64,000 bases of DNA from an uncultured Bdellovibrio sp. GTDB lineage: Bacteria; Bdellovibrionota; Bdellovibrionia; Bdellovibrionales; Bdellovibrionaceae. This document shows positions 29,028 through 39,679 of the stretch, in pieces. A model generated the notes under the pieces. It did not search any database. It worked only from the letters and a program-made list of their open reading frames with translations, and was not told the DNA's origin. Made by a program: the position numbers and the translations under genes. The number at the start of each line of letters is the position of its first letter. Position 1 is the stretch's first letter. The DNA is taken from positions 1 to 64,000 of the forward strand of contig CAWVRN010000020.1 of assembly GCA_963932905.1 (NCBI GenBank), given 5' to 3'.

Positions 29028-29050
29028 ATATCCTCCTGTGATTGTGCTTT

Positions 29051-30520
29051 TTAGTTAGTACTCTTAAATAAGAACGGATAGGTCACTATGACCTTGGTTC
29101 CGCCACGCGGGGCTGGGAATTTCCAGCTCGCAATTTTATTCAGCATACATCCTTCGACTGTAGTATTCTTCAAAGTGGTATCGCTCACGGTCTGAGTTTC
29201 GACCTTTCCACTACCACTGATGGTGAATTTCACAGAGACTTTACCAAATAATTCTTTATTCGCAGATAATTGACGTTCGTAACAGTATAGGATTTGACCT
29301 AACTGTGTGCGGATATAGGTAGCGATCTCTTCACGATCTAAACCACCGACAACTTCGGATTCATCTTCAATTAGCCCTACGCCGCCTTTTCCTACTTTAC
29401 CACCCGAAAGGGCTGCAAAATTACCAACGCTTTTTCCGCCACCGATACCGTTCGTAGAAATTTTCAATCCACGTGAACCGCTATCTTGACTCCAGTCATC
29501 GCCAGACTTTTCTATTTTTCCTATGGCTGCCAATGCACGACCCGATGGACCACTGCCAGCAGCTACACCGTCAGATAAAATAACGGTCTTAGATTTCGCA
29601 CCTTGGCTAGATACCTTCGATAGTAAAGAAGATATTTTGCCAGAGTTCAAGTTTTTAAGCATACCAGCCACTTTTGTTTTAGCCGGTTGACTGTCGCCAC
29701 TTGATTCTACTTTGGGAGCTTCGACCGGTGCCGTTAGCTTCTGAGTTTCATCTTTAACTGCGACTTTGCTTTTCTCTTTTTTCATTGGTTGCACGGGCTC
29801 AGTAATGATAATTTTCGCCGTAGCCTTTTTTGAAATCGGTACATAGCGTTCTGTTCTTGGAATGAGCGAGAAAGTTACTGCGAATACCAAACAGAAAGTA
29901 AGTAGGGCAGCGATGCCAACTTTGGAATCGCGTTCAATGAAATCTTCCATGCGAAGAAAAAACAACTGAGTTGGTTTTTCTACCTCGATTGATTTTTGTT
30001 TTAGAGTGAAATCGCCATATTTGGAAACGTTCCATGACGAAGAGGGAATCGGTTCCACTTTGACGGCGCCAGACAGTGTTCTGGATGTGTATTTTTTGTT
30101 GAATGGGATAATTTGCGTTTCCACGACGTCATCGCCAAAACAAACTTGGAAAATTTGAAATTTCTTAACGTTTTTGGACGTCGTTGGAGGAGCAATCTGG
30201 AACCTGTTAAGTTCGATCGTTTTGGTTAGTTCGCTTAAAAGCAATTTGGAGTTTTTAAATTTAACTTCAGTAGCGGTTGAATCAACGGATGTTAAAGGTC
30301 CGGTCGCTGCCTTATGAGATGTGGAATTCATAGAAACATAAACCCAAGCTCCATCTCTGATTTCAAAAATACCTTCCCATGATTCTAGCGATGTATCGAT
30401 AGAAACGATGTCAGCGGTACGCGAGGTGCCGAACGTATATTGAGATTTGTCGCCTGAAAGTTTCCAGACTTTTCTCTCGCCCGTAGTAGTATGTTGTTCA
30501 ATAAATAATTGCTTCATCAT
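29051..30520 (-). CDS. AgmX/PglI C-terminal (TonB-C-like) protein, GltG-like
   Basis: FHA-like N-terminus, one TM segment, Gly-rich linker, GLDREEI..CYERQL..GKVSVKFTI..WKFPAPRGG..VTYPF. Confidence 0.82.
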   Translation of the reverse strand: MMKQLFIEQHTTTGERKVWKLSGDKSQYTFGTSRTADIVSIDTSLESWEGIFEIRDGAWVYVSMNSTSHKAATGPLTSVDSTATEVKFKNSKLLLSELTKTIELNRFQIAPPTTSKNVKKFQIFQVCFGDDVVETQIIPFNKKYTSRTLSGAVKVEPIPSSSWNVSKYGDFTLKQKSIEVEKPTQLFFLRMEDFIERDSKVGIAALLTFCLVFAVTFSLIPRTERYVPISKKATAKIIITEPVQPMKKEKSKVAVKDETQKLTAPVEAPKVESSGDSQPAKTKVAGMLKNLNSGKISSLLSKVSSQGAKSKTVILSDGVAAGSGPSGRALAAIGKIEKSGDDWSQDSGSRGLKISTNGIGGGKSVGNFAALSGGKVGKGGVGLIEDESEVVGGLDREEIATYIRTQLGQILYCYERQLSANKELFGKVSVKFTISGSGKVETQTVSDTTLKNTTVEGCMLNKIASWKFPAPRGGTKVIVTYPFLFKSTN

Positions 30521-30524
30521 TTTA

Positions 30525-30770
30525 TTATCTCACGTAAAAACTAGCGTCCCTGATTTTCTTGTCCATGTTCTTTTGGACATCCACTAACGGCATAAATTTA
30601 ATACCTTTTTTCTGCACTAGAAACGCGCCGTCTGGATTTCTGATGGTTCCTTTAATGCTCATCTCGGAAAAGTTAACTTCCTGAACTTTTCTAACGACTT
30701 TCTTTTTAGATTGGGAAAATGACGGTGCAGTCAGCATCAGCATTAAACTAAATAGTAAATAAGCTCGCAT
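30525..30770 (-). CDS. Small exported GltF/CglF-like protein
   Basis: Signal peptide, VNFSEMSIKGTIRNPDG motif, operon position. Confidence 0.65.
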   Translation of the reverse strand: MRAYLLFSLMLMLTAPSFSQSKKKVVRKVQEVNFSEMSIKGTIRNPDGAFLVQKKGIKFMPLVDVQKNMDKKIRDASFYVR

Positions 30771-30827
30771 ACTAAGTCCTTCCTTAAACAATTTATTCCG
30801 CCGCTTACATACCGTATTGGATCTAAG

Positions 30828-33800
30828 TTATTGCTTTTTGGTCTTCAAGAAGTCTAACTTCTTTACCAGCCACGATTTCTTATCGGCTAGTCTAGTTTCT
30901 TTATTAGCTAAATCATAAAAATATATGGCGCGTTCTGTAGAATTCTTAAACACTTCATAAATGCGCGCTTTCGAAAAATACAGATACTCTGGCTTTTTCC
31001 ATTGAGCGGCCGGAAGCGAATCCAGTGTCTTAATTGCCTTTTCAGTATTCTCAACTTGAGACAAGCTTTCTGCAATAAAGGGTATTAAATATTCACGTAA
31101 GCCTGCATTTTCGGTATACTCGCGCTGCTTCATCAAATCATAGTGGATACCGTCAACAGTTTTGTAGTCTTTGTTTTTATAGGACATTAAGAATCGCGAG
31201 TATAAACCCATATACGATTCGATATCATTCAAGTTGGCTAGAGCTTCAACGTTGATTTCCATCGTAGCATCCGGTTTATTTTTCTGCTTTAGTAAGCTGA
31301 TGTTATACTGAATTAGACCAATGCCGTTTTGAGTTTCTTTTAAAAGCTTTTCAAAGATCCATTGAGCTTTTAAGTACTGACCTCTTTTAAAAGCGACATA
31401 TCCATTTGCCCACTGAACTTGTTCAAGATGGTTTTCTTTGTTCGACAATTGAGACGCGAACGATTCAGCTAAATCGATTTGTAATTTTTCACCGCAGCTA
31501 TAAACCTGAGCCAAGTCGATATTTTTAGAATCTTTGCGACAATCAGAAACATCTTGGTTTGAAAATAATTTGATGTTGCCGGTCGTAGTTTTAGGAATCG
31601 CTAACGTTAAGAATGTTTCGTACTTGGTGCCTAATTCTAATCGGGCACTTGTTTCCGGAGTCGTCTCTAGCCAAGCGTCTACATTGGCTGTCCTGCGATT
31701 TTTATTAGAATCTTTTTCACCGATCGCAGCTAGGTTTTCTTTACGTTTTTCTTCAATCGGACCTAGGACTTTTTTAATTTCACCGCGCAGTTCGGCTTGG
31801 TCTTTTGCTGATAAACTTTCAGGTAGTGGCATAGTCGCCAGAGCTTCGATGTAGTGACCATAACAACGGTCGATAGCTTCAAAGCTGCTACGAACAAGAT
31901 CCGGAGCGGTGGTCATTTTCGTGACACTTAAGTACGCCGTTTGCGCCTTTTCAAGCCGTTCTGTTTTCAGTTGAATGATCATTGCGAGACGATCTTCTTT
32001 GCTTGTTTTCATGCTTTGCGAGGTGAATTCTTGTTCTAGAATTTGACCTTGAATAAAGCGAGCCTTCGCTCGGGCCTCGGTAGGGGAATCGCGTTTAAGG
32101 ATTTTCATTGTTAATTCAAATGCATCCTTATAATTTTTATCGTTGAATAAATTAACGGCTTTTTCAGTTAGTACTTCTGTTGCAAACGGTTCTATGTTCA
32201 ATTCGAGGATAATACCATTAATTTTTTGGATTTCCTTTTGATCTTTAGAACTATCCAGCGTCGCTTTTATTTTTGCAAATAGCTGAATACGTTTGTTTTT
32301 TGGAGAGTCGTTAAGTAATTGCTGATAGATGGTACGTGCGTCTTTATTGTTGCCTTCAAGTAAAAACAAATCTGCTGCATTTTCCGAGTAGAGATGTTTT
32401 TTGTCTTTTTCTTTTTCCATCGCTGCTAATTTTAGTGACCATTCGGCTGCTTTTTTCAAGTTGGTCAAATCTGTATATGAATTGATTAAGTCTTTTATCA
32501 AATTCGATTTCTTATCGTAATTTGGATAAAGTTTTAGTAGGTCTTCAGCAGACTGAGCGAATTTATTCAGACTTTTGTTTTCCAAATAGATTTTTAAGGC
32601 GTCAAGCAACGCACGCTGACCTAAATCAGATCCTTTGTGTAAATCAAAATAGCTTATCAAGTTTTGTGTTTGCTCCATAGGCTTAAGCTGACTGTTTTTA
32701 ACCTGGATTTCAGAAAAGTGTGACTCTTCGTAAATTTTTTGTAGAGATTTAGAGCGAGCCTCGTCTTTTGATTCTTTGAGGTAAACTTGCGACAAACTTT
32801 TTAGTTCGGTGTAGCGCTTTTGGATGTTGTAGATATCTAGGATTAAATCCTGAGATTTAGACCTAACAACCAAATCGTTTTTAGATTTTTCGGTAACAGT
32901 TAATACCTTAAGTGCTTCCTCGTAGTTTTTTTCTTCATAATATATAACCGCTACTTTTAGACCCACTGGATAGAAGTGTTCGCCTTCAGGGAATTTTGTG
33001 TAATATTCGATCGAACGTTGTTTACGGTCATCTTTCTTTTTGTCCGACGATTTTAATTCTAACTGTTTTTCAATTGAATACAAGCTTGCATATAAAGTAT
33101 CGTGAACTTCTTTTTTTTCTTTTGAATGGGAGGCTACGAAATAGTAGTTCTCCGCGGCTTCGTCGTATTTTTCGATTTGGAATTGCAGTTCCGCCAAAAT
33201 AGTGCGAGTTTTTAAATCTGGCGTGGTTACATCTTCGTTTTTAATAATTAATTTTAGAATGGTTTCTGTTAGTAACGAAAACTCTTTGTGGCTTTTGTTT
33301 TTCTGCCAAATTTCCCACCAACGTTTAGCAAGATCAAGGCTAGCACGTTTGAATTCAGATTGGCAAATTTCTGCAACTTCCTCGGCCGTTTGCTCTTTTC
33401 GCCAGCGAGAACCGACGGCACACTCTTCTCCGGCGTAGGTCAGTTCCGATATGACCTGGTCACGTTTTTTTATAGTTTCATATGTTTCTGCCATCAAAAT
33501 GTGAGATTTAACTACATACATATTGTCTGGCTCTTTTTTGATGAATTCGTTCAAAAAAATATGAATGTCTTTTAGGCGTGAATAGGAATCATATAGTTTT
33601 GCCATATCAAATAGGGCAGGACCAAGTTCATCTGTCGTTACGATTCCTTTAAAGAAATCGTATAAATCTTCAGCTTGATAGACTTCTCCAATAAATAGTA
33701 CTAGGTCACGGATGGCTTCCTTACGTAAATAGTAGCCTTTTTTATTTGTGCCTTCAGTTTCAGGAGGATTTTTTTGAACAACTAGTTTCAATTTTTTAAT

Positions 33801-34514
33801 CGCTTCGGCCGAATTTTTTAAATTGTAGTTGGCCCAGCCCAATTTATACAGACCGTAGACGTAAACGCGAGATTCCGGATAGTTTTCAATTTTTTCAAAA
33901 TACAATTTCGCGTCGGCAAATCTACCTTGATCGTATAACAGTTCGCCCAATGCAAGTAGGGTGTCTGGAAGAATTGCTGAATTCGGAAAACGATCAATTA
34001 AGATTTTGTAATTGGCTTCTGAATTTTTCTTTAAATTCAATTGTTGGTAAGCAAACGCAGAGTTAAATAAAACACTATCTGTTTCGTTAAATTTTGGATA
34101 CTGGGTCAGGATAATATTGTAAGTCTTGACCGCTTTTTGCAACCAGTCGGCACCTTTGGCTTCTGCCACAGGGAATGAACTAAGTGTTTTCGAATTTGCA
34201 CTTCGTTGTAAATCGAAGAAGCGACCTGATTTTGATTTACGCATGTAGAGTTCTGCTAAACGATTCAGTAGGTCAGGTTCCTGCGGAGTTCCTTTTTTCT
34301 TTTTTAAAATATTTTGCAAAGCTTCAATGGCTTTATTTTCTGTCTTTGAAATTAGTACTTCAGATTTCAGATTTTGTGAGTCCGTTTCTGTTTCAGTGCT
34401 TTTTTGTGTGTTGAGCTCGGGTAGGAGGCCCCGGTCATCGCCTTTAGGTGCAGCGATTAAAGATGTAGAAATTAAAACTAGTAGAACAATCTTAGTGGCA
34501 TATCTATTCATCAT
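30828..34514 (-). CDS. Large TPR protein, AgmU/GltD-like
   Basis: Signal peptide, many TPR-like repeats (RLAELY, YGLYKLGWANYNL), operon context. Confidence 0.78.
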   Translation of the reverse strand: MMNRYATKIVLLVLISTSLIAAPKGDDRGLLPELNTQKSTETETDSQNLKSEVLISKTENKAIEALQNILKKKKGTPQEPDLLNRLAELYMRKSKSGRFFDLQRSANSKTLSSFPVAEAKGADWLQKAVKTYNIILTQYPKFNETDSVLFNSAFAYQQLNLKKNSEANYKILIDRFPNSAILPDTLLALGELLYDQGRFADAKLYFEKIENYPESRVYVYGLYKLGWANYNLKNSAEAIKKLKLVVQKNPPETEGTNKKGYYLRKEAIRDLVLFIGEVYQAEDLYDFFKGIVTTDELGPALFDMAKLYDSYSRLKDIHIFLNEFIKKEPDNMYVVKSHILMAETYETIKKRDQVISELTYAGEECAVGSRWRKEQTAEEVAEICQSEFKRASLDLAKRWWEIWQKNKSHKEFSLLTETILKLIIKNEDVTTPDLKTRTILAELQFQIEKYDEAAENYYFVASHSKEKKEVHDTLYASLYSIEKQLELKSSDKKKDDRKQRSIEYYTKFPEGEHFYPVGLKVAVIYYEEKNYEEALKVLTVTEKSKNDLVVRSKSQDLILDIYNIQKRYTELKSLSQVYLKESKDEARSKSLQKIYEESHFSEIQVKNSQLKPMEQTQNLISYFDLHKGSDLGQRALLDALKIYLENKSLNKFAQSAEDLLKLYPNYDKKSNLIKDLINSYTDLTNLKKAAEWSLKLAAMEKEKDKKHLYSENAADLFLLEGNNKDARTIYQQLLNDSPKNKRIQLFAKIKATLDSSKDQKEIQKINGIILELNIEPFATEVLTEKAVNLFNDKNYKDAFELTMKILKRDSPTEARAKARFIQGQILEQEFTSQSMKTSKEDRLAMIIQLKTERLEKAQTAYLSVTKMTTAPDLVRSSFEAIDRCYGHYIEALATMPLPESLSAKDQAELRGEIKKVLGPIEEKRKENLAAIGEKDSNKNRRTANVDAWLETTPETSARLELGTKYETFLTLAIPKTTTGNIKLFSNQDVSDCRKDSKNIDLAQVYSCGEKLQIDLAESFASQLSNKENHLEQVQWANGYVAFKRGQYLKAQWIFEKLLKETQNGIGLIQYNISLLKQKNKPDATMEINVEALANLNDIESYMGLYSRFLMSYKNKDYKTVDGIHYDLMKQREYTENAGLREYLIPFIAESLSQVENTEKAIKTLDSLPAAQWKKPEYLYFSKARIYEVFKNSTERAIYFYDLANKETRLADKKSWLVKKLDFLKTKKQ

Positions 34515-35002
34515 TGACTCGACGTTATGAGTTTAATTTGTGGAAATCCAGCCATGGACGCCGTATACATTACCTTTTTGATGACCGCGTAAGGAAGTTC
34601 GCGATCGGCGATTAATAAAATTTGGCCATCTTTTACAGCTTTCACTGTAGTTTCCTTAGATGTTTTTTCTAGCGACTTAAATAGTGCAGGAATAAAATTA
34701 GGATCTTTAGGATCTTTATCACTAGCCGCAAAATCTGTCCCTTTAACTTGTGCTAAGATTTCTTTGCCGATAGTTAACGACTCTTTGCTTAGGGTCATTT
34801 CTAAGCCTTGAGTTAGTACGCCTTCAGATTGTGATGTTGGCATACGTATATCAGCCGGAGCTTCGATTTGAACTTCCGACGTATTGTACGTTTGCAGTAA
34901 GAACACTAGGATCACGGTAAACATATCGGTTAACGATGTCACGTTGACCATAATACCTGTTTTCTTATTAATCTCTGGCGAGTACCTTTTTCTTCTAGAC
35001 AT
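34511..35002 (-). CDS. ExbD/TolR family stator subunit (AglQ/AglS-like)
   Basis: NVTSLTDMFTVILVFLL with TM Asp; ADRELPY..V. Confidence 0.88.
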   Translation of the reverse strand: MSRRKRYSPEINKKTGIMVNVTSLTDMFTVILVFLLQTYNTSEVQIEAPADIRMPTSQSEGVLTQGLEMTLSKESLTIGKEILAQVKGTDFAASDKDPKDPNFIPALFKSLEKTSKETTVKAVKDGQILLIADRELPYAVIKKVMYTASMAGFPQIKLITSSQ

Positions 35003-35008
35003 AACGAC

Positions 35009-35545
35009 CTATTGAAAAATGTTGTTAAATACGACTTCTGGGAAAAGGAAATCGGTTTTGACTTCTTTTCCTGTCTTCGGGTCCATGAATGTAAACTCAT
35101 CATTATTGCTGGACTTTCTAGATCCATCTAAAATAGTAACCACTTCGCTATAAGACATAGCGTCGTTTGGTGCGAGTTCAATTTTGAATACTTCCGGATT
35201 CTTTTTTTTGATCTCGACTAACTTTGCATTTAATCCAGCCAAGTTTAAATTAGCACCGTTTGCTGGAATTTTAGATGTGTCGGTCGCATCACCTTTAGTC
35301 ACCACAACGCTGAAATTTTTAGAGTCGTCGACCAAAATTTTAATTTTTGCCATTTTTTCTGGATTCAATTTTTGGTTTTCGATTTGTTGTTTGACGACTT
35401 GAGGCAAATCGGTTTCGATTTGTGTCAATTGAAGAAACGACGATGAAATTACCAGTACCGGTACCAGTTTCATGATGATCGCTAGTAGCGGCGTTAAATC
35501 CAGTTCAAATTCCTCGTAATGTGTGCGGAACTTCTTGATCCCCAT
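35009..35545 (-). CDS. ExbD/TolR family subunit lacking the TM Asp
   Basis: ELDLTPLLAIIMKLVPVL TM segment; MSYSEVVTILD; LFPEVVF. Confidence 0.82.
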   Translation of the reverse strand: MGIKKFRTHYEEFELDLTPLLAIIMKLVPVLVISSSFLQLTQIETDLPQVVKQQIENQKLNPEKMAKIKILVDDSKNFSVVVTKGDATDTSKIPANGANLNLAGLNAKLVEIKKKNPEVFKIELAPNDAMSYSEVVTILDGSRKSSNNDEFTFMDPKTGKEVKTDFLFPEVVFNNIFQ

Positions 35546-35580
35546 TTTTGTTACCCCTTTTTAAGTCCTTTGTGGCCCTA

Positions 35581-36273
35581 TTACGAAACTTTCGAATTTG
35601 GGTTAGGAGGTAATTGATCCGGGAATACATTCTGACGAGTCAACTGTGGTAAGTGTGAAGAAGTTAAAACTTCTGTTAATTTACCGCATTTTTCAGTTGT
35701 TTGTTCGATTAACTGATTTTGTCTGCCAGAAAGAACCGAGAAAAATACCATCGCTGGAATCGCAACCACTAGACCTAACAATGTTGCATTCAATGATTCC
35801 GCAATACCGCTAGATAATAATTGTTGTTTTAAAGCGGCGTCGGCTTTAGACACAGCTTTGAACGAGGTAATCAGACCCGAAATTGTACCCAATAAACCGA
35901 CCATCGTAGCCACGTTGGCTAACATACTTAGATAGTGAAGTTTCTTAGTATACAGAGGAATGATTTCACTCATCGCATTGTCATGGGCTTGGAAAATTGT
36001 TTCATCATCGCGATCTGCTTTTTCCAAAATGGTTTTAAACGCCCGCGCCATTGGTTTTTTCTCTAGCTGCGCACTTAATACAAGTGCTTCATCTAATTTT
36101 TTAGACACAATCAAAGCATGAATGCGCTGGGAGAAGTCTTTTACATCCATACCGTAATCAAAGTACAAAACTTTGATACGTTCAGAGATAAAGTACACGG
36201 ATATGAAGCCTGTCATAACGATCAAGGCTCCGAAAAAACCTGCTTCTTTTAAAAAGGTAAAAATATTTTCCAT
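35581..36273 (-). CDS. MotA/TolQ/ExbB proton channel (AglR-like)
   Basis: ATMVGLLGTISGLI and GIAESLNATLLGLVVAIP. Confidence 0.92.
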   Translation of the reverse strand: MENIFTFLKEAGFFGALIVMTGFISVYFISERIKVLYFDYGMDVKDFSQRIHALIVSKKLDEALVLSAQLEKKPMARAFKTILEKADRDDETIFQAHDNAMSEIIPLYTKKLHYLSMLANVATMVGLLGTISGLITSFKAVSKADAALKQQLLSSGIAESLNATLLGLVVAIPAMVFFSVLSGRQNQLIEQTTEKCGKLTEVLTSSHLPQLTRQNVFPDQLPPNPNSKVS

Positions 36274-36283
36274 CTCTATACTC

Positions 36284-36892
36284 CTATACTTTTTCCGTAG
36301 CGTTTACTTCGTGATAAAGTGCAACTAACTCTTCGATTTGTTTGGTCGCCCAATCAGGAGCTTCCAAAAAACGAATGGCGTAATTCAATCCTGACTTTAC
36401 GTTCAGTCGTTGCCTGCTAAAATTCTTTCGGACTATTTGAGATAGAACATTAAAGGATTTTACATTAACGTTGTTCTGTGACAGATTTAACATCACTTTT
36501 TGTCCGGGTAACAATAACGGATTGTTAATTAAAACGAGTGCTCCGTTGACACTTAATGAAATAATATGACCATTGAAAAAAAATTCGTCATTATGCCCAG
36601 AAATTGGAATAATCACTTCGGCACGATCAGCGCCACGGCGGCTGAAAGCATGGCTTAATGGATCGTGAGTTTTAATAATTAATGAAAGACGGTCTTTTGA
36701 GAACTCTTCGACTTCACCTAATGGTTGCCATCCTTCAAGATGTGGGGACCAAACATAATTGTAGTCAAAAAGTTCACCTTTTTGAATCATATTAATCATT
36801 GTAGAAAGCTCGAAGGGGCCGTATTTATTTTCACCCCTTAGTATGTACCACTTTGATTCTTGTTTTTTTAGAGCGTGGGCTTGTTGACTCAT
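36284..36892 (-). CDS. GYF_2 plus PilZ domain protein
   Basis: WYI..YGPF..VW....GWQP (GYF_2); RRGADR and SLSVNG (PilZ). Confidence 0.85.
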   Translation of the reverse strand: MSQQAHALKKQESKWYILRGENKYGPFELSTMINMIQKGELFDYNYVWSPHLEGWQPLGEVEEFSKDRLSLIIKTHDPLSHAFSRRGADRAEVIIPISGHNDEFFFNGHIISLSVNGALVLINNPLLLPGQKVMLNLSQNNVNVKSFNVLSQIVRKNFSRQRLNVKSGLNYAIRFLEAPDWATKQIEELVALYHEVNATEKV

Positions 36893-36940
36893 TTTAAGAA
36901 AACTCCTCTTTCTTTTAAGTGACTGCTTTTTTCTATAAAC

Positions 36941-38089
36941 TTATTTGACTGTGACTGGGTCAAAATTAATATTGATCGACGAATCGGCGGCTGGGATCGC
37001 TGAACCGTGGAAGTTCACTGTCCAGTTCGATGCCTCATATGTCCAACCGTTACTAGCATCTTGCTGAACAGCTACACCGTTAACAACAACACGAATAGTT
37101 TCAGGAATAGGTTCGCGATCTAACTTGAACGACGACGTTAAAGCTAGAACTGAATCAGATATTAAACTTAAAGACTGAGCAAAGTTTCCGCACAGTGATG
37201 CTTTTGTTCCGCCAGTTTGATCGGCGATTTGACCTAAACGTGTTCCCATACGACGTGTGAACGTAGTATTTAAATCATCTAGGCACGCTTGGTCTAAAAT
37301 AGTGATTGAGTTAACTGAATAGTTTCTAATCGTAGCAGTTGAATTTGTGTAACTGTCCAACCAGTCAACGTAGCTTTTTACCGAATGAATACGACTATCT
37401 GTTAAGTATGAGTTACCAGATAGTGATTCTAAGGCCGGAGTCATCGCACTGTGGGAGAAATCATCTTCGTCACTTACGATAATAACAGCAAGATAAGCAT
37501 CAGGGCGACGGAAGCCTGTGTTAGAAGGATTCGTCAAAGCTGTTTTAAAGCTTAGAAATGCTCGCTCGTCACCGTAGCCTTGTATACCTTGAGCCGCATT
37601 TAAATTAAATACGTCGGTGATATTTGCAGTTAACTTGGAAATAATTGGAATGCCACTATGATACGATGCGGTTGCATTTTTTCCTGGGCCATCACGAAAA
37701 ACAGAACACTTTTTATTAAATGCAACACAGTAGGCATTTTTAAATGAACCACCTGTATCTGTTGCGTCTAAATAGGCATCCGTAGAAATGAACGCCATAT
37801 TGAAATCGTAATTAAGAGTTTGGAATCTTTGGATAAACGAATTGAAATTAGAGATCACGTTTTGTTGAGATGTTTCCATACTACCAGAGTTATCGATAAC
37901 CCATAAGATATCGATTTTACGAGCTTGGAAAGACGATCCTTGTTGAAAGGTAGATTGTTCGGCTAACAATGAAAAGCTATCGTTCGACTTTTGGCATGAA
38001 ATGCTAAAAAACGACAAAGCTAAACAGATAGCAAGAACTCGTCTTGAGCTTGAAACACGTGCGAATTTAGTAGTTTGTTCTAAGGTCAT
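36941..38089 (-). CDS. vWA-domain lipoprotein adhesin, CglB-like
   Basis: Lipobox SISC, MIDAS motif DILWVIDNSGS, VIIVSDEDD; AGGAGG RBS. Confidence 0.8.
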   Translation of the reverse strand: MTLEQTTKFARVSSSRRVLAICLALSFFSISCQKSNDSFSLLAEQSTFQQGSSFQARKIDILWVIDNSGSMETSQQNVISNFNSFIQRFQTLNYDFNMAFISTDAYLDATDTGGSFKNAYCVAFNKKCSVFRDGPGKNATASYHSGIPIISKLTANITDVFNLNAAQGIQGYGDERAFLSFKTALTNPSNTGFRRPDAYLAVIIVSDEDDFSHSAMTPALESLSGNSYLTDSRIHSVKSYVDWLDSYTNSTATIRNYSVNSITILDQACLDDLNTTFTRRMGTRLGQIADQTGGTKASLCGNFAQSLSLISDSVLALTSSFKLDREPIPETIRVVVNGVAVQQDASNGWTYEASNWTVNFHGSAIPAADSSININFDPVTVK

Positions 38090-38374
38090 CTTGACCTCCT
38101 CAGCTATAAGTCTAGAGGTTTTAAAACTAATAGCGAACGCGAGTCGTAACTGCTGAAATAGACGCATATTTTGACTAAAATTATCATTTTGATTCGCAGT
38201 TAACTTGTTGAAATTATTAAGTTTGTATAAAAATTCATCATGTCGATTTTTTTTCAGTGTCGAAGGTCTAAACAGAATTCGAAAATTACTAAAATAGACT
38301 GTACAAAAGTACTCCTATTTTGCCCAACCTAGGCAGCAATAGGGCCTGCGGTGTTAACGCTCTAGACAGAAAAT

Positions 38375-38402
38375 TTGACTTTTAGAAAGGGCCCGCTACC
38401 AT
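38375..38402 (+). promoter_or_regulatory. sigma70-like promoter TTGACT-N16-TACCAT
   Basis: Located upstream of the OmpA gene RBS. Confidence 0.5.
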
Positions 38403-38442
38403 TGTGTTTTGAGTAAAAAAAATAGCTTTTAAAGGAGCCAAT

Positions 38443-39096
38443 ATGAGCAAATTTATTTTATCGAGTTTAGTAGCATTGGGATTAGTATTGTCAGGTTGCC
38501 AATCTATGAAAGAAAACCCTAACACAGCAAAAGGCGCTGGAATTGGTGCCGCGGCTGGTGCGATATTGGGCGGAGTGATCGGTCATCAGACAGGTAAACG
38601 TAATGAAGGTGCGTTGATTGGTGCGGCTCTTGGCGCTGGTATCGGTGGTTACGCTGGTAAACGTATGGATAAGCAAGCTAAAGAATTAGAAAAAGTAGCG
38701 GAAACAAAACGCACAGAGCAAGGTTTAGTTTCGAAAATGAAAAGCGATATTTTGTTTGATACAGGTAAAGCCGAGTTGAAAGCCGAAGCTAAGAAGAATT
38801 TGACAGAAATGGCTGCGATCATGAAAAAATATCCAGAGAACGTATTAACTGTAAAAGGTTTCACAGATAACACAGGTTCTCAAAAAGTAAATGATGAACT
38901 TTCACATAAGCGTGCAGAGGCCGTGAAAGCTCAGCTGACTGCGGCTGGTATGCCAACAGAAGTTATTTCCACTCAAGGTATGGGTCCTAAGGATCCGATT
39001 GCTGATAACGCCACTGCGGATGGTCGCAAACAAAATCGTCGTGTAGAAATTGAAGTCACCGTCGATCAATCCAAAGTTCCTGCTGAAACTAAATAG
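38443..39096 (+). CDS. OmpA-family lipoprotein with glycine zipper (YiaD-like)
   Basis: Lipobox LSGC, Gly-zipper, GFTDNTG..LSHKRA..NRRVEI. Confidence 0.93.
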   Translation: MSKFILSSLVALGLVLSGCQSMKENPNTAKGAGIGAAAGAILGGVIGHQTGKRNEGALIGAALGAGIGGYAGKRMDKQAKELEKVAETKRTEQGLVSKMKSDILFDTGKAELKAEAKKNLTEMAAIMKKYPENVLTVKGFTDNTGSQKVNDELSHKRAEAVKAQLTAAGMPTEVISTQGMGPKDPIADNATADGRKQNRRVEIEVTVDQSKVPAETK

Positions 39097-39119
39097 TGCA
39101 TAAGGTTTATTTGGAAATC

Positions 39120-39155
39120 AAAGCCAAGCATCGAAAGATGTTTGGCTTTTTTTTT
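39120..39155 (+). terminator. Rho-independent terminator
   Basis: GCCAAGCATC-GAAA-GATGTTTGGC followed by T9. Confidence 0.85.
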
Positions 39156-39355
39156 GTAGGTCGAATGTAGAGTTCTTTCAAATCAATTTTTCTGAGATGA
39201 ATTTTGGCATATATGAAATAATGGCCAATCTTGAATAGAGGTGTCGAAGCGGTTTTACGGAATTATTTCTGAGAAAATTTGGTCAGGAAAGTTCAATGGC
39301 GCTGAATGGACAGCGCCAACCAAGGTAGAGGATTTGAGGCCGGGAATTCAATGCA

Positions 39356-39679
39356 TTAAGGTTCAAAGGTTGTCGAAAGTGCGCTACTGCTATTTAAATT
39401 AACCACTTCACAAGTTCCAGGGTGCAACTCAATCTCGCCGATTTCAGCCATGACTCCGCCACCGTCGACGGAAAATTGCATTTTCAAATTTCCTTCGAGT
39501 TCTTTATCACCAATAACGACTTTTTGGCCCTGTGCGCTTGTGACAAAAACCTTATTACCTTGATTTCGTTTATTAAAAAAAGCATTGGCTGCATCTCTTG
39601 CCTTTTGCTGTGTGCATTCACCAGCCAAAGCTGTCGAAGAAATTAACACTAGCCCTAAAATTGCTGTTATTGTTTTCAT
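39356..39679 (-). CDS. Small secreted protein with two cysteines
   Basis: Signal peptide ending ALA; AGGAG RBS. Confidence 0.75.
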   Translation of the reverse strand: MKTITAILGLVLISSTALAGECTQQKARDAANAFFNKRNQGNKVFVTSAQGQKVVIGDKELEGNLKMQFSVDGGGVMAEIGEIELHPGTCEVVNLNSSSALSTTFEP

